A stretch of DNA of 64,000 nucleotides from Cyanophyceae cyanobacterium (GCA_050331735.1 JBHJGN010000001.1:37869-101868), one strand, 5' to 3'. Numbered from the stretch's first letter, positions 38,487 to 49,107 are shown. Program-made: numbers and translations. Notes: generated by a model from the letters alone, not told the origin.

Positions 38487-40409
38487 ATGAGCCAACAATC
38501 TAACTTTCTGCCGATTTCTCGACGAACTGCTGTTAAGCTGCTAGGTGTTGGTGCCGTGGGAGGCTTACTAGGGTATTCAAGGTTTGCTAAACCTCAGCCA
38601 TCAGTCTTTGAGCAAGATCGCCTAGAGCTGCCGCCGCGACTGAATCAGCCGAAGACGGCTGTTGTCGTTGGTGCCGGTTTAGCCGGACTCGCCTGCGCCT
38701 ACGAACTCAGTCAGCGAGGATTTGCCGTCACCTTGCTGGAGAAGTCGTCTAACCTCGGCGGTAAAGTGGCGAGCTGGCAAATTCGCGTCGGGGAAGAAGA
38801 ATTTAGAATGGAGCATGGCTTTCACGGCTTTTTTCCCCAGTACTACAATCTCAATAATCTTGTCCAGGAACTGAACCTCGTCGAGAATTTTAAATCGTTA
38901 GATTTTTACTCTCTCGTTTTCCGAGATGCTGTTTATCAGCCAGAGGTGTTTCGTCCCAGTCACTCGGCCTTTCCGTGGAATATCGTTGATTTGGCGATCG
39001 CTTCTCCCAATCGTTGGCGTTGGGGCATTAATTTAGCCAAGCTCAAGCATCTGGAGGTTTTCCACGAAATTACGGGATTCAAAATTCCGAAAACCTTCGA
39101 TCATCTCGACAGGATGTCGGTGGCTCAGTGGGTTGCTCGAGATTTTCCGCAAGGTCTCTACGATCTCTACTTTCTGCCCTTTGCCAAATCGAGCCTCAAT
39201 GCCCCAGACCGCCTCAGCGCCGGAGAACTGCTCCAGTTCTTTCACTTTTATTTCTTTGGCAACCCCGAAGGGCTAGCTTTTAACGGAACTCGGCAGGATA
39301 TGGGGACGAGTTTAGTAAAGCCGATTGCGGAAGCGATAGAGCGCAATGGGGGTCGAATCATCACAGAAGCAGCAGTAAGCTCCATTACCTGTAGCGAGAA
39401 GAAGATTGCCTCTGTAAGCTATCAGCAGGGTCATCGGGCGAGTACTATCCCTTTCTGGGTGGAGAGCACAGCGCAAGACAACCAGATGAAATACTACGGT
39501 GCGGCTGATACTGTTTTTGCCGCGGCACCAGAAGGGAACGAAGCGCTGTCTCTCAAATGCACCCATCAAGGTTGTACGGTAGGACGACAAGCCGATGGCA
39601 CTTTCTTATGTCCGTGTCATGGTGCTCGTTATGATGAGCAAGGACGGGTAGTTAGCGGTCCAGCGACCAGAGATTTACGCCGTTTCCAGATTACCGAACG
39701 CAACAACCAAGCACTTCAGTTGGTAGCTGACACCTCCCTTGCCTCCCCAGAAGAGACAATCGTCGCTGATTATACGGTGATCGCCACTGACGTTCCGGGA
39801 GTGCAGCAGTTGCTGCGGCTGATGCAGGGAAACGATTGCGGAGTGAAAGCCCAGGTGGAACGATTGGCAGTAGCCGATCCGTTTGCTGTCGCTCGTTTCT
39901 GGTTCGACCAAGATTTTGAGTGGGAACATAGTCATTTCACCTCTCTTTCCGGCTATCAGCTCACCGACAGTATTACTCTTTATCACCGCATCCAGGATCA
40001 GTTTATTGACTGGGCGCAGCGCACCGGAGGCAGCGTCGTAGAGCTACACGCCTACTGTTACAAAGAGAAGGAGTTTCCGACTCAACAAGCGTTGCTATGC
40101 ACCTTTGAGCAGGAACTCTATGAAATTGTTCCCGCTTTAGCCCAGGCAAAGATGCTGCACCGGGAATTGGTTAACCAGAAGAATTTTTCTGGCTATCCTC
40201 CGAACAGCTACGATGAGCGTCCTGAAACCACCACTCAAATTCCTAATTTAGTTTTTGCTGGAGACTGGGTAAAAATGCCGTTTCCCTGCGGCTTGATGGA
40301 GCGAGCCGTCAGCAGTGGCTTGCTGGCCGCCAATGCGATTCTTCATCGGGAAGGATTGCAAAGAAAGACGCTGCTATCGGTGAATCCCGAGGGAGTATTT
40401 AAAATTTAG
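38487..40409 (+). CDS. Tat-signal FAD-dependent oxidoreductase (amine oxidase/phytoene desaturase-like) with an internal Rieske [2Fe-2S] domain
   Basis: Twin-arginine motif [20 protein letters not shown] fold [16 protein letters not shown]...EKSSNLGGK. Rieske box CTHQGC-x11-CPCHG at residues 358-379. C-terminal FAGDWV...[10 protein letters not shown]. Confidence 0.75.
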   Translation: MSQQSNFLPISRRTAVKLLGVGAVGGLLGYSRFAKPQPSVFEQDRLELPPRLNQPKTAVVVGAGLAGLACAYELSQRGFAVTLLEKSSNLGGKVASWQIRVGEEEFRMEHGFHGFFPQYYNLNNLVQELNLVENFKSLDFYSLVFRDAVYQPEVFRPSHSAFPWNIVDLAIASPNRWRWGINLAKLKHLEVFHEITGFKIPKTFDHLDRMSVAQWVARDFPQGLYDLYFLPFAKSSLNAPDRLSAGELLQFFHFYFFGNPEGLAFNGTRQDMGTSLVKPIAEAIERNGGRIITEAAVSSITCSEKKIASVSYQQGHRASTIPFWVESTAQDNQMKYYGAADTVFAAAPEGNEALSLKCTHQGCTVGRQADGTFLCPCHGARYDEQGRVVSGPATRDLRRFQITERNNQALQLVADTSLASPEETIVADYTVIATDVPGVQQLLRLMQGNDCGVKAQVERLAVADPFAVARFWFDQDFEWEHSHFTSLSGYQLTDSITLYHRIQDQFIDWAQRTGGSVVELHAYCYKEKEFPTQQALLCTFEQELYEIVPALAQAKMLHRELVNQKNFSGYPPNSYDERPETTTQIPNLVFAGDWVKMPFPCGLMERAVSSGLLAANAILHREGLQRKTLLSVNPEGVFKI

Positions 40410-40524
40410 CTAAACCAGAAGCAAAAGAGCCCCATTGTGGAGAAACGGTAATCAGGGCAGCAGAGTCAAAATTTTTTCTAGCCAGCCGTAGCGTCCCCAC
40501 AGAAGCGTGACTCATGACCCTTAA

Positions 40525-42978
40525 TCAGGTTAACACGTCTCCTCCCATCATCCGCTGATAGCGAACCTCCAGCTCTTGCTTCAAAGACGGCATCTTTTTC
40601 AACGAGGCATCGGCTAGAATCAGTTTTTCTGCCGCCTCCCGCGCTAAATTTAATACTTCCTGATCTTCGACTAAACTTGCTAACGCAAAATCCGGCAGCC
40701 CTGACTGACGCTTGCCTAATACCTCTCCAGGACCGCGAAAGCGCAGATCCATTTCTGAGATGAAAAAGCCATCTTGAGACTGTTCCAAGACGCCGAGCCG
40801 CTGCCGCGAGTCTGGAGTCTTGCTGGTGCTCATCAGCAAGCAGTAGGATTTATGGGAGCCGCGCCCTACCCGCCCTCGAAGCTGATGCAGTTGCGATAAC
40901 CCAAACCGTTCCGCATTTTCAATCAGCATCACGGTCGCGTTGGGAACGTCAACGCCGACCTCAATCACCGTCGTTGAAACGATAATTTGAGTAGCATTAT
41001 CCCGAAACGCCGACAGTGCCTCCTCCTTTTCTACTGCGCTCATCCGTCCGTGGAGCAAGCCGACCTGAAACTCACAGAAAATGCTTTCCGAAAGGCGCTG
41101 ATGTTCCTCGACGGCGGCCCGCACGTCGAGCTTTTCTGATTCTTCGATCATCGGCAAAATAATGTAGGCCTGCCGTCCCTGCGCTACTTCCCGGCGAATC
41201 AAGTCATAGGCCTGGAGACGTTCTTTGCCAGCGAGGACAGAGGTTTGAATCGGCTGACGACCGGGGGGCAGTTCGTCTACCTGGCTAACATCTAAATCAC
41301 CGTGGAGAGTGAGCGCTAGCGTTCGAGGAATGGGGGTGGCCGTCATCGTGAGCACGTGGGGAGACTGACCCTTGGCCAGCAACCGAGAGCGCTGCTGCAC
41401 TCCAAAGCGGTGCTGTTCGTCGATTACCACTAGCCCTAACTGACTAAAATTCACGGGGTCTTGAATTAGAGCATGAGTACCAACCAGTAACGGGAGTTCC
41501 CCAGTGGCTAGCTGCGCGTAAATTTCGCGACGTTTCGCTGTTTTAGTCGATCCCGTCAGCAGCTCTACGGGGAGGTGCAGCAGATTAAACCAGCCCACTA
41601 GCTTCCGGTAGTGTTGCTCGGCTAACACCTCCGTTGGAGCCATCAGCGCCGCCTGATACCCCGACTGAATGGCGGCTAAAATCGCAAACACCGCGACAAC
41701 GGTCTTGCCCGAGCCCACATCTCCCTGCACGAGCCGATTCATCGGCGTGGCCGATTGGAGATCTTGCAAAATGTCGCTAATCACTCGCTCTTGCGCTCCT
41801 GTGAGCGCAAACGGCAGCAGCCGCTGAAACTTCTCAATCAGTTGACCTTTGGGGAGCAACACGGCGCTGTGTTGCTCTCGCCGCTGCTGCTGGCGGCGCT
41901 CCAAAAAACCAAGCTGGAGGTAAAAAAATTCGTCAAACACCAACCGCCGTCTGGCGTGGGCGAGGGCAGTGTGCTCCTTGGGAAAATGAATATTGGCGAT
42001 CGCCTCGGGCAGGGGAACTAAACCGTACTGACGGCGAAGGCGAGCGGGCAGGGGGTCTTTAAGCTGCTCTAGGGCAGGCAGACAAGCGACAACCGCTTTG
42101 CGCACAGCATCGGCGGCAATGCCTTCGCTCAGCGGGTAAACCGGCAGCACTCGCCCGATTTTCAGCGAGTCAATGTTGGCGCCGGGACTGTCAAGGACTT
42201 CGATTTCGGGGTCTTCCAGGGTCAGGCCGTACTTATTTTGCTTAACTAACCCTGAAGCGGCGACCGCTGCCCCCGGAGGGTACTGACGCTTCAGCTTTTG
42301 CTGCCAGCCCCGGTTACTAAAGCGAGCGCCTGCAAAAAAGCGGCTGAGCTTAAGCTGTCCGGTTGGGTCTTTGAGCAGGAGTTCAAAAATGGTCAGCTTT
42401 TTATTTTTTGGGCTGCTGAAGCAGTTGCAGCGCTTCACTGTTCCCACGACGGTCACGGATTCCCCGGGCACGAGGTGGGCCACCGCGACCTGACGAGCGT
42501 AATCGATGTGGTCTCGCGGATAGTAAAACAGCACATCTCGGACTTGGTAGAGGCCAAGACGCTCGAGCTGCTTGCTGCGGGTGCGCCCGATGTCTGGGAC
42601 TCCGCTGAGCGGCGCATCAAGCGCGATCGCCCGCTGGGATAGAGGCAGGGAGCGAGTACGGGGGAGCTTCGGCGGAGGCGGTTCTGAAGAAGCGTCGAGG
42701 TTTTGCTTGAGCTGAAGCAAAAAGCGGCGAGCGTCAGCAACTAAGTGCTGGCGCTGAGCCAGAGACATTTGAGAGTAGCGGGCAAACTGAGTCGCCATTT
42801 CCTGCCAGCGACGGCGCTCCTGAGACGACCCGAGCGAGAGAGATTTGCCAAAGCTGAGGCACAAAAACTCGCTGAAGCGGTAACGATGCCCCTGTAAATC
42901 GCTGAATCCCCGTTCCGCCTCTACTGAAAGCGCTTTTTGTAAGCGAACCCAATCTGGTGTTTCTCCTACATTGGTCAT
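40525..42978 (-). CDS. recG: ATP-dependent DNA helicase RecG
   Basis: 817 aa. Wedge/OB region. Walker A GDVGSGKTVVA, DEQHRFG, helicase C motifs, TRG-like region near the C-terminus. Confidence 0.92.
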   Translation of the reverse strand: MTNVGETPDWVRLQKALSVEAERGFSDLQGHRYRFSEFLCLSFGKSLSLGSSQERRRWQEMATQFARYSQMSLAQRQHLVADARRFLLQLKQNLDASSEPPPPKLPRTRSLPLSQRAIALDAPLSGVPDIGRTRSKQLERLGLYQVRDVLFYYPRDHIDYARQVAVAHLVPGESVTVVGTVKRCNCFSSPKNKKLTIFELLLKDPTGQLKLSRFFAGARFSNRGWQQKLKRQYPPGAAVAASGLVKQNKYGLTLEDPEIEVLDSPGANIDSLKIGRVLPVYPLSEGIAADAVRKAVVACLPALEQLKDPLPARLRRQYGLVPLPEAIANIHFPKEHTALAHARRRLVFDEFFYLQLGFLERRQQQRREQHSAVLLPKGQLIEKFQRLLPFALTGAQERVISDILQDLQSATPMNRLVQGDVGSGKTVVAVFAILAAIQSGYQAALMAPTEVLAEQHYRKLVGWFNLLHLPVELLTGSTKTAKRREIYAQLATGELPLLVGTHALIQDPVNFSQLGLVVIDEQHRFGVQQRSRLLAKGQSPHVLTMTATPIPRTLALTLHGDLDVSQVDELPPGRQPIQTSVLAGKERLQAYDLIRREVAQGRQAYIILPMIEESEKLDVRAAVEEHQRLSESIFCEFQVGLLHGRMSAVEKEEALSAFRDNATQIIVSTTVIEVGVDVPNATVMLIENAERFGLSQLHQLRGRVGRGSHKSYCLLMSTSKTPDSRQRLGVLEQSQDGFFISEMDLRFRGPGEVLGKRQSGLPDFALASLVEDQEVLNLAREAAEKLILADASLKKMPSLKQELEVRYQRMMGGDVLT

Positions 42979-43120
42979 CGTTCTCTGTTGAGTGTTGAGT
43001 CAAGACCACTTAGTTTGGATAAGCTCTTGGCGGTTAGCGGCAGCCGCCTACTCAGAGCTAGTGACGTTCAGCTTCTGGAGCACTTCCCACTCTCTCATCA
43101 CTGTTTCTCTCCTGCCTCAG

Positions 43121-44008
43121 TTAACGATCGAACCAGCTTGCTCGCCAGGCGGCTTCGGCCTCGGCGATGGCATACTCGCGCCGCAGGCGACGATACTGCT
43201 GTCGGAGTTGGCGAATGCGCTCGGCTAATCGCCGAATTTTCTGACGCTTGGTAGTTAAACCCGGTTCAGAAAATTCTATTTCTGACCGACGCAGCCGAAT
43301 TGCTGTAATTTTAGCAACGGTTGACTTTTGCGATCGCTCGTTTTCGGCTTCAACGAGCAAATGAAGCAAGTTAGGCGGACTACTGACGGCGCTAGCTTCT
43401 TCAGACATCGCTACCTCGACCAGCTTTGGCGGGAGCTGATCTGGCAGAATTTTCGCTCGCTGTAGCAGACGATTCACTTCTACCGAGAAGTCAGTCAAAG
43501 TCCGATCGATTTTTTGTTCGATTTTTTTCTGCCAGCGACTCAGGTTTTCTGGGTTTTTTTCTCTATCTGCGTCATCCACTTCATCAAAGCTGGCTTCTTC
43601 CTCGCTCTCATCTTCGCTGGCCAATTCCTCTGTAGCCCCTAGTTCTTCCGCAGCCGATAGTGAAGAGTCTGTCGGCAACTCCTCCAGCAGTTTTTCCATA
43701 ATGTTCAGCTCTTGAGAATCTTCTGGCTCTGATTCTCTGAGTAAGGAGAGCTCATCGTGGATCTGCTCTCCTAGTCTCCGTAAATTTTCCTGAAGCTCTT
43801 CTCTTTGCCGTAAGGTCAAGGCCAGAAATGACTGAGGATAGATTTGAGTACAAACTTGGTAGCAAGCCAGAGCTATCTGCTTGCGCGCTGCTTGACCGAG
43901 TAGATTCAAATACTGCTCGTAAAGATTGTTGAGTTCGGTCTCGACGGCTGTTGATGACTCTTCTAAGGCCGTCAGTTCCTGCTGAATTTGCCCGATTTTC
44001 CTGCCCAT
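43121..44008 (-). CDS. hypothetical coiled-coil protein with acidic centre and Arg-rich C-terminus
   Basis: 295-aa ORF downstream of tsf on the same strand. No family recognised. Confidence 0.45.
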   Translation of the reverse strand: MGRKIGQIQQELTALEESSTAVETELNNLYEQYLNLLGQAARKQIALACYQVCTQIYPQSFLALTLRQREELQENLRRLGEQIHDELSLLRESEPEDSQELNIMEKLLEELPTDSSLSAAEELGATEELASEDESEEEASFDEVDDADREKNPENLSRWQKKIEQKIDRTLTDFSVEVNRLLQRAKILPDQLPPKLVEVAMSEEASAVSSPPNLLHLLVEAENERSQKSTVAKITAIRLRRSEIEFSEPGLTTKRQKIRRLAERIRQLRQQYRRLRREYAIAEAEAAWRASWFDR

Positions 44009-44038
44009 CCTGACTCTAACGTTTTTTTACAGGAAAAG

Positions 44039-44063
44039 GAGCAGCTTGAGGCTCAAGCTACTC
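44039..44063 (-). terminator. palindromic hairpin downstream of tsf
   Basis: GAGCAGCTTGAG-G-CTCAAGCTACTC (one mismatch). On the minus strand it is followed by CTTTTCCTGTAAAAAAAC. Weak U-tract. Confidence 0.35.
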
Positions 44064-44139
44064 TTTCCGTATCAGTAGTAAAACTTTTGATCTACCTATC
44101 GAGAACGACTCCTGCAGCCCTTGGTGGTCAAGACTGACC

Positions 44140-44799
44140 CTATTTTGTGCCTGCCTGTGCTGCTACTTCCTCGGCGAAATTACTTTCTTCTTTCTCAATG
44201 CCTTCGCCGAGAACAAAGCGAGCAAAGCGGCGCACCTGAATATTCTCACCGAGTTGGGAGATGTGTTGCTTGACTAATTCTTCCACGGTAATGCTTTGGT
44301 CGCGGATGTAGGGCTGATCCATCAACGTCAACTCTTTCAGGCGCTTATCAATGCGACCTTGAACGATCTTTTCTTTGATATTGTCGGGTTTTTTTTGTAA
44401 ATCATCCCGACCCATTTCAATTTCTTTTTCTTTCTGAATAATTTCCTCAGGAATATCAGTCACCTTGACGTATTCAACATTTTGGTAGGCAGCTACCTGC
44501 ATGGCAATGTCGCGTACCAAGGTTTGGAACTCTTCACGCCGGGCCACAAAGTCCGTTTCACAGTTCACTTCGACAAGAACGCCAATTCGTCCTCCAGTAT
44601 GGATGTAGCTCTCAATTAATCCCTCGGCAGCAACGCGCCCCGCCTTCTTTTCGGCGGAGGTAATGCCTTTTTGCCGCAGCCACTCTGTGGCTTTGGTAAA
44701 ATCTCCACCACTTTCTGTAAGCGCCTTTTTGCAATCCATCATGCCAGCGCCCGTTTTTTCCCGTAGCTCTTTGACAAGTTTTGCCGATATGTCCGCCAT
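44140..44799 (-). CDS. tsf: translation elongation factor Ts
   Basis: [24 protein letters not shown], short (219 aa) cyanobacterial-type EF-Ts. Downstream of rpsB. Confidence 0.93.
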   Translation of the reverse strand: MADISAKLVKELREKTGAGMMDCKKALTESGGDFTKATEWLRQKGITSAEKKAGRVAAEGLIESYIHTGGRIGVLVEVNCETDFVARREEFQTLVRDIAMQVAAYQNVEYVKVTDIPEEIIQKEKEIEMGRDDLQKKPDNIKEKIVQGRIDKRLKELTLMDQPYIRDQSITVEELVKQHISQLGENIQVRRFARFVLGEGIEKEESNFAEEVAAQAGTK

Positions 44800-44883
44800 C
44801 TTGTTTTCCTACACTTATACGACCAATTATGAAGACCAGGGTCCGCCTCTATTGTATGAAGCGGAGTTCCTTTGCCATCTTAA

Positions 44884-45693
44884 TTATTCTTCTTCACTCT
44901 TGCCCTCGTCTGCTGCTAGATTGTCTTCGCTCCATTCTTCTGGTTCCTCACCAGCATCAATATCTTCTAAAGATTCTTCAAACTCTTCGTAGTCCTCGCT
45001 CTCGTCGGGTTGACCGTGACGACCTTCATAAATGGCATCGGCTAACTTACCGATAATGAGCTTAATTGAGCGAATGGCATCGTCGTTGGCTGGAATTGGA
45101 ACATCTACAGAATCAGGATCGCAGTTTGTATCTAATAAAGAGACAATGGGAAGGCCCAACTTTTGACACTCTAAAACAGCATTGTATTCCCGACGGAGAT
45201 CCACAATCAACACAATATCAGGGATTTTGCGCATTGTTTTGATGCCGCCCAAATATTTTTGAAGTTTCTCCAGCTCGCGGCGCAGCACGGACGCTTCTTT
45301 TTTCGGGCGCTTGTCGAGGTTTCCACTGTCTTCAAGCTGTTCGAGTTCTTTGAGCCGTTCAATGCGCGACTTAATCGTTTCCCAGTTGGTGAGCATGCCA
45401 CCCAGCCAGCGCTGATTGATGTAGTAGGCTCCACAGCGAGCGGCTTCCTGAGCGACAATTCCCGCTGCTTGACGCTTCGTGCCGACAAATAGAAATCGCT
45501 GACCACTTTCAGAGGAGGAGCGAACGTAATCGTAGGCTTCTTCCATCAGTTGAGCGGTTTGCACCAAATCGATAATGTGAACGCCATTGCGGGCTGTATA
45601 AATGTAGGGAGACATTTTGGGGTTCCAGCGACGAGTTTGATGCCCAAAATGAACTCCTGATTCTAAAAGTTCAGCAAGTGAAATAACGGCCAT
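44884..45693 (-). CDS. rpsB: 30S ribosomal protein S2
   Basis: [20 protein letters not shown]...RNG.HIIDL, acidic C-terminal tail. Confidence 0.95.
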   Translation of the reverse strand: MAVISLAELLESGVHFGHQTRRWNPKMSPYIYTARNGVHIIDLVQTAQLMEEAYDYVRSSSESGQRFLFVGTKRQAAGIVAQEAARCGAYYINQRWLGGMLTNWETIKSRIERLKELEQLEDSGNLDKRPKKEASVLRRELEKLQKYLGGIKTMRKIPDIVLIVDLRREYNAVLECQKLGLPIVSLLDTNCDPDSVDVPIPANDDAIRSIKLIIGKLADAIYEGRHGQPDESEDYEEFEESLEDIDAGEEPEEWSEDNLAADEGKSEEE

Positions 45694-45833
45694 TAATTTT
45701 CTCCTGTTCGGGTTTATCCTCCATCCAGGCGGTCTCTCGATACAGAAACACCCGAAGCCCTGGATGTGCGAATTTAGACAACTTTTCTAGAATAGCACGG
45801 GTCGGAGGGAAACAGATAGATTGGGGATATCGC

Positions 45834-45878
45834 CAGCCGCAGCTTGGGAAAAGGGGAAGGGGTAAAGGGGAAAGGAAA
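45834..45878. repeat. G-rich fragment of the hairpin + G-tract repeat family
   Basis: GCCGCAGCTTGGGAAAAGGGGAAGGGGTAAAGGGGAAAGGAAAC, 140-185 nt upstream of the rpsB start codon. Confidence 0.6.
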
Positions 45879-46027
45879 CAATTTTCTATCAACAATCAGC
45901 CATTAACAATTAACCAGAATGTCAGGTTGCTCAAGCTTTCTAAGCTTGAGAAGCTGAGAAGCTGCCTTCACTCCTAATGACTGAGAGAGTACCGCTACAC
46001 TAAAAGGCAACGATAAAAAATAGCACA

Positions 46028-47155
46028 ATGTCCGAGCGACGCCTGATGATTTCGATAGTTAACCTCCTGCTGGTAGTGGCGGCAGTCTTTTTTGCTGTAT
46101 TGGTCTGGCAACTGAGAAGTCTGATTGTGATTTTAATGATTGCGGTGGTGGTTGCTTCTACCCTGGCGCCAATTGTCGCCAGTGTTCAGCGGCTACGGAT
46201 TCCCCGTTGGCTAGCCGTGATTCTAGTCTTCCTAGGCTTAATCTCTATTTTGACAGGAGCGGGACTATTAATCGGTCCGACGGTGGTCGCGCAAATTGAG
46301 CGGCTGGCCCGCACCCTGCCGGGGTATCTGGACGTATTGGGCACTCTCGCCCAGGATCTAGCGGTGCGATTTGGCGTGAATGAACCAGAGGCTTTTGATT
46401 TAATCAATCAACTCTTCGATATTCAGTCTCTAACGGCTTGGGCTTTTCGGTCCAGCCAGCAGCTACTAGTGCGCTCGGTGGGAGTAACGCGGGGTCTCCT
46501 CGGTGGAGTGTTCAATCTGATTTTGGCACTGTTGCTCTCTGGCTATATGCTTGCTGGCTCCAGCAAGCTGATTGACGGCCTCGTCAGTCTATTTCCGAAG
46601 CCCTGGGACGATCGCCTAGCGGCGCAGGTAGCTCCTGTCAGTCAGCGTATGGGAGGATATATTCAAGGTCGGCTGCTTGTATCGTCAATTTTAGCGATGG
46701 CGGTTAGCTTCGGCCTGATTGTTCTCGGCATTCCCGAATTTGCCCTCGGTTTAGGCGTTATTGCCGGATTTACCAATTTAATCCCCTTTTTTGGTCCGTT
46801 CTTAGGAGCTATCCCGGCCCTAATCGTCGCCGTTGCCCAAGGAGGCTTAACCTTTCTGTGGGTGTTGCTGCTGTTTGTGATTATTCAAAATCTAGAAACC
46901 TACGTGCTCGATCCGCTGCTGGTGGGATCTTCAGTGAGGGTGGCTCCACTGTATCAGCTCTTAGCGGTGTTAGGCGGCGTTCAGGTTTTGGGTATCATCG
47001 GAGCATTAATTGTGCCTCCGTGGGTCGCTGGTGCTGCGGTGGTTTTAGAAAATCTCTATCTCAAGCCGAAGTTACGAGCCGAGCAAACTATCGCCAGTCC
47101 GTCTTCAACCTTGACGGCGGCAGAACCGGAAGCGAGTCCCGTTTCTACCCAGTAA
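46028..47155 (+). CDS. AI-2E family transporter (PerM/UPF0118)
   Basis: 375 aa with ~8 TM helices. Conserved GFTNLIPFFGPFLGAIPA segment. Confidence 0.8.
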   Translation: MSERRLMISIVNLLLVVAAVFFAVLVWQLRSLIVILMIAVVVASTLAPIVASVQRLRIPRWLAVILVFLGLISILTGAGLLIGPTVVAQIERLARTLPGYLDVLGTLAQDLAVRFGVNEPEAFDLINQLFDIQSLTAWAFRSSQQLLVRSVGVTRGLLGGVFNLILALLLSGYMLAGSSKLIDGLVSLFPKPWDDRLAAQVAPVSQRMGGYIQGRLLVSSILAMAVSFGLIVLGIPEFALGLGVIAGFTNLIPFFGPFLGAIPALIVAVAQGGLTFLWVLLLFVIIQNLETYVLDPLLVGSSVRVAPLYQLLAVLGGVQVLGIIGALIVPPWVAGAAVVLENLYLKPKLRAEQTIASPSSTLTAAEPEASPVSTQ

Positions 47156-47182
47156 ATCAGTCTCAATCGGGAATGACTAACC

Positions 47183-48850
47183 ATGCGCCTTTTCTCTGTG
47201 CAGGTTTCTATCACTCAGGTGTGGCTCGGGGCGATCGCCTTTTGTCTAACGTGCCTGCTCTCAATCGCTCCCGTTGTCGGCCAAAGCCAGTCCCCCGCTC
47301 CGATTACCCTCGATGGTCGTCGTTTGTTTGAAGTCAGTTCTTCGGGAGGATACGACGCTCAAGAACGAGCCGCCGATGCCAATCGGCTGCTGCGGCAAAA
47401 GATTACCCAAGCCGAACCACCCGTCGAAGTAGAAATCGATCGAACAACCGAGCTGCCGGTGATTCGCGTTGATGGCGACCACCTCCTCACCGTCACTTTT
47501 GAAGATGCCCCCAGAGGCAGAAGCGTCCAGGAACAGGCCCAAATTTGGGCCACCGAGCTTCAGAACGCCATTGCTCGAGCGCAGCGCGAACGGACGAATA
47601 GTTATCTAGGGCGAGCCGTGCTGCTTGCTGCTGGGTATCTTGTCTTAGCTGCGGTGATGAGCTGGGGCTTAGGCTGGCTATGGCGCTACTGGCTACAGCC
47701 CAAGCTCGAACGAGATTCCCACTCTACTCCCAGTCAGGAGGACACTTCGCCTTCATCGGTCAGTGCAGAAATTGGGGCCCAGGTGCTCTTAACCCTAGTA
47801 CGAGGAGCAGTCTGGCTTTATGCCGTTATTGCTGCCAGCAAGCTCTTTCCCCAAACTCGGCAGTGGAGTCGGGATGTGGTAGACGTAATCGCTAACAGTT
47901 TGTTTGCGGATTTATTTTCTCTAGGCGATAGCTCGTACTCGGTTCTAGACCTATTAATCCTCATTGGGCTGTTGGCAGGACTAATTATTGTCGCCAGATC
48001 CGTCAGAAAAATTCTCAAGTCACGGGTTTTGAGCCTCACAGGACTGAATCGGGCAACCCAAGAAACCATTGCCTTAGTAGCCAACTACGGATTTATTTTT
48101 ATTGGCAGTCTTGTACTCTTACAGCTCTGGGGGCTAGATCTGAGTTCGCTCACGGTGTTCGCCGGGGTTTTAGGGGTTGGGGTTGGTTTAGGCATTCAGG
48201 GCATTGCTAAGGAATTTGTCAGCGGACTTGTGTTAATGCTGGAGCGCCCGATTCAGGTGGGGGATTTTGTCGAAATTGGCGAACTGATGGGAACCGTAGA
48301 GCGGATCAGCGTACGCTCGACAGAAATCCGGACTCTCGATCAGGTTTCACTGATTCTGCCTAACTCCCGCTTTCTAGAAACGGAGGTGATTAACTGGAGC
48401 CATCACTCTTCGGTGTCGCGGCTGCGGCTTCCCGTTGGAGTTGCCTATGGCTCCAATTTAACTACGGTACGTACGGCGCTAATGAATGCAGCCAAAGAAC
48501 ACAGCGACGTGCTCTCCTCCCCCGCACCGAGAGTCTTCTTCCTTGGGTTTGGCGATAGTTCTCTTGATTTTGAGCTGTTAGTATGGATTGCTGAACCCCG
48601 TAAGCAGTTTCAGATCAAAAGCGATCTTTATTTTCGTATCGAAGCGATTCTGCGCCATCGCGGTGTGGAAATTCCCTTTCCTCAAAGAGATCTACACGTT
48701 CGCGGTCGCTTACCGATAGACGTGTCCCCCGAGCTAGTACAGTCCTTAACCGAACTCACCACTGGATTGACTAATTGGCTCAATCACCAGTCTAACGGGG
48801 CTGCTGGACCATCGAGATTAGGGGTTAGGGATGGTCAAGACGACAACTAA
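47183..48850 (+). CDS. mechanosensitive ion channel family protein (MscS-like)
   Basis: 555 aa. Signal/TM N-terminus. MscS core ERPIQVGDFVEIGELMGTVERISVRSTEIRTLDQVSLILPNS and C-terminal alpha/beta domain. Confidence 0.85.
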   Translation: MRLFSVQVSITQVWLGAIAFCLTCLLSIAPVVGQSQSPAPITLDGRRLFEVSSSGGYDAQERAADANRLLRQKITQAEPPVEVEIDRTTELPVIRVDGDHLLTVTFEDAPRGRSVQEQAQIWATELQNAIARAQRERTNSYLGRAVLLAAGYLVLAAVMSWGLGWLWRYWLQPKLERDSHSTPSQEDTSPSSVSAEIGAQVLLTLVRGAVWLYAVIAASKLFPQTRQWSRDVVDVIANSLFADLFSLGDSSYSVLDLLILIGLLAGLIIVARSVRKILKSRVLSLTGLNRATQETIALVANYGFIFIGSLVLLQLWGLDLSSLTVFAGVLGVGVGLGIQGIAKEFVSGLVLMLERPIQVGDFVEIGELMGTVERISVRSTEIRTLDQVSLILPNSRFLETEVINWSHHSSVSRLRLPVGVAYGSNLTTVRTALMNAAKEHSDVLSSPAPRVFFLGFGDSSLDFELLVWIAEPRKQFQIKSDLYFRIEAILRHRGVEIPFPQRDLHVRGRLPIDVSPELVQSLTELTTGLTNWLNHQSNGAAGPSRLGVRDGQDDN

Positions 48851-49070
48851 AGGTAGGTCTTGGCTATTTAGCTGTTAGCTACTCAAGTAGTGGAAATCTA
48901 ATATTAGCTCTGCTTGGTTAGTTGCTGTCTAAAAGGAAATCGCTTGAGTTAGTCAAAGCGTGGAAAACTGTCTTCATTGGTAACACCTAACCACTAACTC
49001 TTAATTGAACTTGGGGAGTAGCGACTGATAAAGTCAAGTTTCCTCAAGGAAAAACTTTGAGCCGTCAATC

Positions 49071-49100
49071 AAGCTAAGAGCTAAAAGCTCTTAGCTTTTC
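49071..49100 (+). terminator. intrinsic-terminator-like hairpin between mscS-like gene and convergent SBP gene
   Basis: 11-bp perfect stem AAGCTAAGAGC (49071-49081) / GCTCTTAGCTT (49087-49097), 5-nt loop, then TTC (the run TTTT includes the stem end). Confidence 0.5.
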
Positions 49101-49107
49101 ATCCCGT

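Noticed and set aside
42988-43254. Two overlapping + strand ORFs between recG and the coiled-coil hypothetical gene
   Set aside because: They overlap the 3' end of the minus-strand 295-aa ORF and the recG start region. They have no motifs or start context.
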